Shown piece by piece: positions 40,092-46,608 of a stretch of DNA of 46,608 nucleotides. Source of the stretch: Candidatus Micrarchaeota archaeon. GTDB lineage: Archaea; Micrarchaeota; Micrarchaeia; Norongarragalinales; UBA8480. Location: the NCBI GenBank assembly GCA_964514805.1, contig CAZERP010000002.1, positions 1 to 46,608 of the forward strand, written 5' to 3'. A program made the translations under genes and the position numbers. Numbering within the stretch: position 1 is the first letter of the stretch; each line of letters begins with the position of its first letter. The notes under the pieces were generated by a model, which did no database searches, was not told the DNA's origin, and was given only the letters and a program-made list of their open reading frames with translations.

Positions 40092-42128
40092 TTATGTTTT
40101 TTTAGTTTTGCTACGTAATTTCTTTTTCGTTTTCTTTGTGTTTTTGTTTTCTTTTGGTTTTTCTTTTGTTGGCGCGTATTTTTGCATTAAGTGTTTGTAA
40201 GTTTTTTCGCTGATTCTTCCATCTATTAGAGCATCGTCTAGTTTTTGTATTTTGGTTTTTTCATCTTTGGGCGCGGTTTTTGCTTTGATTATTAACGCAG
40301 TTAGTAGTATTAGTGCGATTGCGATTAATGCTAGTCCGAATTGTTGGGCTGCGTTTAGTTCTTGTTTGGGTGTGACTTGTATTGATGCGGTGATTTCTTT
40401 TGAGTTGTTTGGTACGCGTATTTGTATTGCGTCTGTGGTTTGGTTTTGAGTCGTGTTGGTTTCAGGTATTGTGAATACGGGTGTTGGCCTTGGGTTTTGT
40501 GCTTCGAGTAGTATTTGGTTTTTGTTTTGTTCGAAGTTTTGTGCTAGGTATATTAGGCGTAGTGCGTTTGGCGAGTAGTCGTCTTGGTTTTGTGCGCTGA
40601 GTTGGACGTTATATAGCGCGTTTGTGTAGTAGAGTTCGGCCCATATTGAGTTTGAGTTTATGTATTTGTTTTGTATTGGTATGTTCGCGTTTTTTGCTGC
40701 TTGTGTTTGGTTTTGTTCTATTTCATTATCTGCTTTGTTGAATGCCATTGCGTATTGTAGGTCGTAGGTTGCTGCGAGGTAGTTGTTTTGTGCGATTGCG
40801 ATTTTAGCTGTGTCTATGTGGTCTTGGAATTCTTCGTTTGTTGTGTTTGTTTCTATTGCTTGTTTTAGTAGGGTTAGTGCATAGGGGCGGATGTTGTTTT
40901 CATTTAGTTCGTCGCCTGTTTGTTTGGCTTGTGTTGATTGGGCCATTTTGTTTGCTGCGTTTATCCAGTTTCTTGCAATTATTATTTCTTCTAGGTATTC
41001 ATTTGGGCTTGCGTTTGGTTCTTCTTGTATTGCTTGTTTTATGGTTTGTATTTTGTTTTTAGCCCATGTATATCGCATCTGGGCTGCGCTTACTGTTTCG
41101 AAGTTGTTTGTGTTTGGTTTGGTGGTTTGGAATTCGTTTATTGTTTGCTGTGTTTCTTTTAGTAGGGCGTTGAATTGTGTTGGTGATATGTCTTGTAGTA
41201 GCATTGTTTCTAGGTTTATGTTGATTAGGAATGCGGTGTTTGCTGCGGAGTAGTAGTATCCTTGGTCTATTGCTTTGGTGGCGGTTGTGATTGATGTGTT
41301 TATTGCTCGGATGTTTGCTTTTACGCGTTGGGTTTGTTTGGTGTCGTTTTGTAGTTTTTGTTGTACTTTGGCTAGGTTATCTACTGCGCGTTTGAGGTCG
41401 TCTTGTGCTATTTGTTTTAGGAATGTTGTTTTTTGTGTTGTGTCGATTGTTTTGAGTTGTAGTGTTTTTATTGCGGTTTGTGGCGCGTTTGGGAAGGTTA
41501 CTGCGTTGGGTGTGAATGCGTATGTTACTGCTTCGGTTAGGTTTTTGACTTCTATTGCTTGCATTGTTCCGTTTGATATTTCGTTTGCGTATATTACGTA
41601 GTCGAATGCGTCGATTGTGCTTTGTCCTTTTGATATTAGTACTAGTTTGAGTTTGTTTTTTGCGGCTGCTTGGAGTTTTTCTTCTACTCCTCCGACTGGT
41701 CCGATTTCTCCTTTGTCGTTTATTGTTCCGGTTACTATCATGTCTGTTCTTAGGGGGTTTGGTAGGTTTTGTTTGGCTAGTTCGCTGTATATTACTAGGG
41801 CTAGTGCCATTCCGCCGGATGGTCCGTCGATTTGTTCTGCGTTTGCTACTATGTCGATGTTTACGTCGTAGTTGTCTGGTTTGAGTTTTAGTAGTGTTGT
41901 TGCGGCAGCCATTGCGTGTCGTATTGATAGTTCTGTGTCTTGTGCTACGAGTGCGTTTGATATGTCTGTTCTTACTTTGCCAGTCCCACTAGTTGCGGTT
42001 GCGGAGATTGTTGTTACTACTCCGTTTCCGTTGGCGTCTACTGCTGGTGCGTTGATTGTAGTAGTTGCATTAGCTATGGTTGCTAGTAGGATTGTGATTA
42101 ATATGACTAGGAGTGAGAGTTTTTTCAT
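40092..42128 (-). CDS. secreted S16 (Lon-type proteolytic domain) peptidase fused to a long Q/N/A/T-rich helical region, TM anchor and Lys-rich tail
   Basis: 678 aa. It has a signal peptide, the Ser motif 'IDGPSGGMALAL' and the Lys motif 'GPVGGVEEKLQAAAKN', which form the Lon Ser-Lys dyad context. About 450 aa of low-complexity helical sequence follows. The TM segment is 'FGLALIAIALILLTALII' and the tail is 'KEKPKENKNTKKTKKKLRSKTKKT'. Confidence 0.7.
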   Translation of the reverse strand: MKKLSLLVILITILLATIANATTTINAPAVDANGNGVVTTISATATSGTGKVRTDISNALVAQDTELSIRHAMAAATTLLKLKPDNYDVNIDIVANAEQIDGPSGGMALALVIYSELAKQNLPNPLRTDMIVTGTINDKGEIGPVGGVEEKLQAAAKNKLKLVLISKGQSTIDAFDYVIYANEISNGTMQAIEVKNLTEAVTYAFTPNAVTFPNAPQTAIKTLQLKTIDTTQKTTFLKQIAQDDLKRAVDNLAKVQQKLQNDTKQTQRVKANIRAINTSITTATKAIDQGYYYSAANTAFLININLETMLLQDISPTQFNALLKETQQTINEFQTTKPNTNNFETVSAAQMRYTWAKNKIQTIKQAIQEEPNASPNEYLEEIIIARNWINAANKMAQSTQAKQTGDELNENNIRPYALTLLKQAIETNTTNEEFQDHIDTAKIAIAQNNYLAATYDLQYAMAFNKADNEIEQNQTQAAKNANIPIQNKYINSNSIWAELYYTNALYNVQLSAQNQDDYSPNALRLIYLAQNFEQNKNQILLEAQNPRPTPVFTIPETNTTQNQTTDAIQIRVPNNSKEITASIQVTPKQELNAAQQFGLALIAIALILLTALIIKAKTAPKDEKTKIQKLDDALIDGRISEKTYKHLMQKYAPTKEKPKENKNTKKTKKKLRSKTKKT

Positions 42129-42188
42129 AGGTAGATAAGAAGAATGTTGGCAGAGGTATTTTAAGTTTGTTAAAGGGGGTTTTGGTGT

Positions 42189-45100
42189 TTATTGGAATAT
42201 TTTCTTTATTTTGTTTATTGCTTTTTGTGAGAGGGATAGTTCTTCTTGTTGTATGTTTAGGTCTAGTTTGTCGCTTTCGTCTATGTTCCAGTCAATTTCT
42301 TGTTTTTCAGTTTGTTGGGCAGTGTGTATTTCTGGTAATTGTGAGTAGAGTTCTATTTTACTTGGTTTTTTGGTTTGGCTTGTAGGTTGTGGTTGGTTGT
42401 TTGGTTGTTGTTTGATTGGAATTTGTAGTTCGGAGGTTGGTTGTACTATTTGTGCAGGTATTGGTCTTGTCATTGTTTGGACTACAGGTTGTGGTTTGGC
42501 GAGTGGTTGTTCGTATGATTTGTTTATTTCTTCGACTAGTTTGCTAGTTGATTTGTGCGCAGTGTAGTTTTGGTAAAGTTTGTAGGCGCCGATTGCAATT
42601 GCTAGAATTAGTACTAGTAGTAAAATTATTTCGTAAGGGAATGGCGCTGGGGCTTGGCGTGTTTCTTCTTGTTGAGTTGCTTCTCGTATTGGTTTGTTTA
42701 GTGGCGCGTCCGGGGTTTGGTTTCTTGTGCTGCTTGTTTTGAATACGGTGTTGTTTTGTATGATTAGGTTGGTTATGTTGGTTGTGTTGCCGTTTTTGTC
42801 GTGGAAGTCGTTTGAACCGCCGCCCCCGCCACTGCTAGATACTACTGGAGTAGTCGTGTTGAAGTTGTATGGCCCGGTTGTGTTGCAGTTTCCGGCTAGG
42901 TCGCAGCTGGTTACGTTATAGTAGTACGTGGTGCTTGATGTGAGTCCGGTTAGTGGTATTGAGTGACTGGTTGTATTAGTGTTATTTGTTGTGCTTGAGC
43001 CGAGTAGGATTGTTGTACCGTATGTGATTGTACTGTTTGCTGGTTCGTTTGTGTCCCAGGTTATTGTAGTGGCTGTTGTGTCGGGGGTTCCGTTTAGTAG
43101 GTTTAGTATGTTGGGTTTGGTGTTATCGATTCTAATTGTTAGGTTTACTGTGTTGTTTATGTTGTTTGATGAATCGTTTGTAATTGCGGTTATTGTGTAG
43201 TTGCCATCTTGGAGTGTAGCTGTGTTTAGTGTTGTGTTCCAGTTGGTTGTGCTTGTGTTTGTTGCGGCAAGGGTTAGTTGTACTCCTGTGTTGTTTGAGA
43301 TGTTGAACTGTGCGGTACTTATCCAGAGTGTTGTTGTTATTGTTGCGTTTAGGTTTATTGTGCTTGATAAGTTTGAGTTGTTTTCTGGGTTTACGAATGT
43401 TACGGCGGGACGAATTGCAGCTAGTTCTATGGTTATTGTTTGGTATGCGCCGTTTTGTGTTGAGTTTAGGTTAAACATTGTTGAGTTTGTAGTGTAGCTT
43501 GTTTTGTAGGCGGTGACGTTTATTTGTGAGTAATTGGTGGGGATCATACTTCCTAGGTATATTAGTGTGGTTATGTTTGCGTAGAATTGTCCGTTTGAGT
43601 CGCTGGTTCCGTTGATTAGTATTGTGCTATTGGTTATGTTTACGTTTGTTGTTTCTAGTGCGCTGGTTGAGTTTCTTGTTGATATGTTGAGTGGTTGTTT
43701 TATTGTAAGATTTGAACTTTCGTTTATGGTAATAGCACTTGTAGTAAAGCTTGTGTTTATTGCAGTGACATTTGATGTGTAGTTTAAGTAGAATGGAGTT
43801 GCTGATGAGGCTAGGTTTTCGGAGTATATCGTGTTGTTTTGTGCAGAGGTGAAGTTATAGCTTACTGATCCGATACCACCTTGGAATGTGTTTAGTGATG
43901 AGTTTGTGTTGTTTGTGCTTTCGAAGTTGATGTCTCCTTGTGTTGATTTTTGAGTGAATGTGTTTTTGGTTATGAATGCAAGGTCGTTTGATCTTAGTGT
44001 TATGCAGTGTGTTGCACAGGTTTGGAAGGTGTTGTTTGAAATGTAGGCGCCTTCTGAGCTTACTATTAGTATGCCTCCAAGGGAGGAGTTGAGTGTGTTG
44101 TTTGATATGTTTATGTAGTGTGCGCCGATTCCTAGTATGTCGAGGTTTTGTGAGTCTATGTAGTTACTTGTGATGTTTATTGCGGTTCCGAATGCGCTTA
44201 GTGCGAATTCGTCTTGGCCTATTTCTCTTGCGAGGGTTATGTTGTTGTTTACAAAGTTTGTTTGGTCTCCGATTATTACTGCGCTTGATTCTAGAGTGGT
44301 GTTGTATACTAGGTTGTTTTGTATTGTTGTGTTTGGTCCTGCGGTGTAGATTGCGGTTCCGTTTGTTTGTGTGAATGTGTTGTTTGTGAAGTTTGCTGCG
44401 TTGGCGAATGTATATGCGCCGCCGGTTGAGTTGTAGAATGTTGAGTTGTATATTGTGAAGTTATTTCCTTCGCTGTATGCTACGTAGCTTGTGGAGTTAG
44501 CGGAGTAGTCACGGAAGTTGCAGTTTGTGATTGTTGTGTTGGTTGAGTTGCTAAAGATTGCGTATTTGGCGTTTGGTCCGGCAGAGTTTATGTAGTAGCC
44601 GTTGCAGTTGATTTGTACGTTTTGTGCAGTTACGTTAAAACATACTATGTCAGTTACTGATTCGTTTGCAGTTAAGGTAGTTACAGTATTTGGAGTTGAA
44701 AGTGTAGTGCATTGCGTTGTGGGTGTGTTTGTTGCTCCGATTGTTACGATGAAGTAGGAGTTTTGGTATGTTACGTTTGTACGGTTGTATAGTACAGCGG
44801 TTCCGTTGTCGTATGTGAAGTTGTGTGGAGTGTGGTTGGTTACTCCATTTTCATTTACAGATAGTAAAGTTAGGTTGAATAGGGCAGTTCCTTGGGTGTT
44901 TGTTAGTCCCGTGTAGAGTTGATCGCCGGTGCTGTTGAGTACAAAGTAGTCTTCGTTTACTACCGGGGTGCTCATGTTGTAGATTGTTAGGTTTATGGGT
45001 TGCATTACAGTGATTGAGCCATTTCCACTTACGTTTAACCCGCTTGAGTTTGCTCTAAATGTACTGTTAATTATAGTAATATTAGAGAAGTGGTGTAACA

Positions 45101-46199
45101 TACCTCCGCCGAGTGTTATGTAATCGTATGAGACTGGGCTTATGTGAGTGTCATTGATGCTGGTTACGTTTGAGTTGCTTACTGCGGCGAGTCCAAATGT
45201 TACGTTTGTGATTACGTTATTATAAGTTGTTAGGTTGTCTGCGCTTGATGCGCTTATTGCGCCGCGGAGGTTGAATTCCATTGCTACTTCGTTTAGGACC
45301 ATGTTTGTAAATGTGTTGTTGAATATTTGTTGATTTGCGCCAAATGCTACGATACCTGCCCCTGCAGTAGATGAAACGTTTACTATTGTGTTTCGATATG
45401 CTTTTGAATTATTTCCAGATATTAGTATGGCGCTAGTTACATTGGTGAATTGGTTGTCGTAGATTAGATCATTTGCACCGTAAGTGGTTATAGCCGTTGT
45501 TGGGCTGTTTAAGAATGTGTTATTGTAAATGTAGTTCCCGCCGCCATTTAATGTGATGAATTCGCTTGACTCATTAATGATCGTATTATTGAATATTCTT
45601 AGATTTCCATTAGTATTTTGGAATGAAAAGGTTTGTCCGGAGAAGTTTTCTATATGTAAGTTATAGAATGTTGAATTGGCAACGGGTTGTGAACCAAATG
45701 AACTTTTGAATCCCACCAGTCCAAAGCCGGCTGAATTTATTATATTTAGATTATAAAAAGTTTGATTTACGGTGGCGTCGTCTGCAAATGCTAGGTATAC
45801 GCCATAGTAGAAGTTTTGTATTGTTGAGTTGTAGAATGTGAAGTTTGACGCGTTTACTTGTACTGCTTTTCCATGGTTTGTGAATAGTACGGTGTCGAAG
45901 TAGTCAAATCCAGTTACCGTGCAGCCGTGAAGGGTTACGTTTGTTGCGCTTACGTTTATTCCTATTTGTTGTAGTGTTGAGTTGGTGTTGTTTATTGTGA
46001 ATCCATTGCAGTCGACGTCTACGTTTGAGGTGTTTAGATCAAGGCAAGTTGTACTTGTGCTGGTTAGATTTGCGTTGAGTCTCCAGCTAGTATCAGTTAG
46101 GTTATTTACATCTGTTCCGCAGGAGTTGATTAGTGTAAGCGCAGCTACGGTTGAAGTTATTAAAAATAATGATAGTACAAGTAAAGCAGTTTGCTTCAT
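42189..46199 (-). CDS. giant surface (glyco)protein: signal peptide, many parallel beta-helix repeats, Ig/FN3-like domains, C-terminal TM anchor and cytoplasmic tail
   Basis: 1336 aa. 'CLDLNTSNVDVDCNGFTINN...NVTLHGCTVTGF' and dozens of 'N.T..NN.F.N' beta-helix rungs are dense in N-x-S/T sequons. The FN3-like module reads 'ITWDTNEPANSTITYGTT..HSIPLTGLTSSTTYYYNVTSCDLAGNCNTTGPY'. The TM segment is 'IILLLVLILAIAIGAYKLY'. Confidence 0.75.
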   Translation of the reverse strand: MKQTALLVLSLFLITSTVAALTLINSCGTDVNNLTDTSWRLNANLTSTSTTCLDLNTSNVDVDCNGFTINNTNSTLQQIGINVSATNVTLHGCTVTGFDYFDTVLFTNHGKAVQVNASNFTFYNSTIQNFYYGVYLAFADDATVNQTFYNLNIINSAGFGLVGFKSSFGSQPVANSTFYNLHIENFSGQTFSFQNTNGNLRIFNNTIINESSEFITLNGGGNYIYNNTFLNSPTTAITTYGANDLIYDNQFTNVTSAILISGNNSKAYRNTIVNVSSTAGAGIVAFGANQQIFNNTFTNMVLNEVAMEFNLRGAISASSADNLTTYNNVITNVTFGLAAVSNSNVTSINDTHISPVSYDYITLGGGMLHHFSNITIINSTFRANSSGLNVSGNGSITVMQPINLTIYNMSTPVVNEDYFVLNSTGDQLYTGLTNTQGTALFNLTLLSVNENGVTNHTPHNFTYDNGTAVLYNRTNVTYQNSYFIVTIGATNTPTTQCTTLSTPNTVTTLTANESVTDIVCFNVTAQNVQINCNGYYINSAGPNAKYAIFSNSTNTTITNCNFRDYSANSTSYVAYSEGNNFTIYNSTFYNSTGGAYTFANAANFTNNTFTQTNGTAIYTAGPNTTIQNNLVYNTTLESSAVIIGDQTNFVNNNITLAREIGQDEFALSAFGTAINITSNYIDSQNLDILGIGAHYINISNNTLNSSLGGILIVSSEGAYISNNTFQTCATHCITLRSNDLAFITKNTFTQKSTQGDINFESTNNTNSSLNTFQGGIGSVSYNFTSAQNNTIYSENLASSATPFYLNYTSNVTAINTSFTTSAITINESSNLTIKQPLNISTRNSTSALETTNVNITNSTILINGTSDSNGQFYANITTLIYLGSMIPTNYSQINVTAYKTSYTTNSTMFNLNSTQNGAYQTITIELAAIRPAVTFVNPENNSNLSSTINLNATITTTLWISTAQFNISNNTGVQLTLAATNTSTTNWNTTLNTATLQDGNYTITAITNDSSNNINNTVNLTIRIDNTKPNILNLLNGTPDTTATTITWDTNEPANSTITYGTTILLGSSTTNNTNTTSHSIPLTGLTSSTTYYYNVTSCDLAGNCNTTGPYNFNTTTPVVSSSGGGGGSNDFHDKNGNTTNITNLIIQNNTVFKTSSTRNQTPDAPLNKPIREATQQEETRQAPAPFPYEIILLLVLILAIAIGAYKLYQNYTAHKSTSKLVEEINKSYEQPLAKPQPVVQTMTRPIPAQIVQPTSELQIPIKQQPNNQPQPTSQTKKPSKIELYSQLPEIHTAQQTEKQEIDWNIDESDKLDLNIQQEELSLSQKAINKIKKIFQ

Positions 46200-46239
46200 T
46201 TTTTTACCATTAAATTAGTTTAAGGAAGTATATAAACGG

Positions 46240-46608
46240 CTAATTTGTGCCTTTGGTTAGTTTGCTTAGTTCTTTTTTGTGAGCGTCTCGTTGTTTAACT
46301 ATTTTGCTTTTGCCGTGCATGTGGTATTTTTCTAGCATCATTGCCGCGTGAGTACCTCCGACTAGGTGTGGTAGTATTATGTAGTCTGCGCCGGCATCGT
46401 ATAAGTCTATTGCATCATAAGCAGTTTCTGCGGTTAGTATTACTATTGCGTTTTTTGATTGTTTTTTAACTTCTTTTAGTAGCAAGTGGTTAGCGTTTTT
46501 GTTAGTCGTTGTGGCGAGTAGTATTTGGGCGTTTGAAAAGTTTACGCTTTTTATAAATTCTAAGTCACTCACGTCGCCATATACTGCGTTTATTTTGTTT
46601 TTGTTTAG
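46240..46608 (-). CDS. TrkA-N/RCK-type NAD-binding domain protein; N-terminal part beyond window edge
   Basis: The frame stays open to the window end (LNKNKINAVYGDVSDLEFIK...). 'VYGDVSD..F', 'ILLATTTNKNANHLLLKEVK' and 'AGADYIILPH' are typical of K+ transport/channel RCK N-domains. The track start at 46572 is only an internal GTG. Confidence 0.65.
   Translation of the reverse strand, partial: LNKNKINAVYGDVSDLEFIKSVNFSNAQILLATTTNKNANHLLLKEVKKQSKNAIVILTAETAYDAIDLYDAGADYIILPHLVGGTHAAMMLEKYHMHGKSKIVKQRDAHKKELSKLTKGTN

Overview
Compact, low-GC archaeal chromosome segment. The archaeal assignment rests on EF-1alpha, ribosomal S10 and L14e, Cbf5, NucS, an archaeal-type AlaRS, geranylgeranyl reductase, a type-A-like RNase P RNA and an intron-containing tRNA. 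The many short lineage-specific hypotheticals and the giant sequon-rich surface proteins suggest a small-genome, DPANN-like lineage, but that is inference only. I support about 48 CDS, 3 tRNAs and 1 RNase P RNA. I found no CRISPR array, integrase, transposase or rRNA.

Layout:
- 1-32 kb, mixed strands: sugar-phosphate, lipid-carrier and nucleotide housekeeping genes (PGI/PMI, PGM/PMM, GGR, UppS, a PAP2-dolichol kinase fusion, Tmk, HIT, Cmk, AdkA-like), translation genes (alaS, YbaK-like deacylase, cbf5, rpl14e) and DNA repair genes (NucS, Lhr), interspersed with uncharacterised genes.
- 32-46.6 kb, one all-minus-strand block: tuf-rps10 and pyrBI interleaved with two giant parallel-beta-helix surface proteins, a third FN3-like anchored protein, a lipoprotein and a secreted S16 (Lon-like) protease.

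Best candidates for undescribed biology:
1. Three paralogous minimal RIO/Bud32-like kinase-fold proteins that share the same K->R and D->H active-site substitutions.
2. A tandem pair of about 30-aa single-TM mini-ORFs with a shared FELLFW motif, upstream of a stand-alone PAS protein.
3. An overlapping two-gene His-rich module next to the intron-containing tRNA, possibly part of a weakly related family scattered through the window.
4. A radical-SAM-activase-like protein that has lost the CxxxCxxC cluster, sitting between nucS and lhr.
5. A strong orientation-independent G+T excess on the plus strand, which gives two opposite codon dialects, with an abrupt dialect switch inside alaS.
6. A recurrent bipartite pyrimidine-rich motif after stop codons.

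All family calls come from motif recognition by eye. No searches were run.
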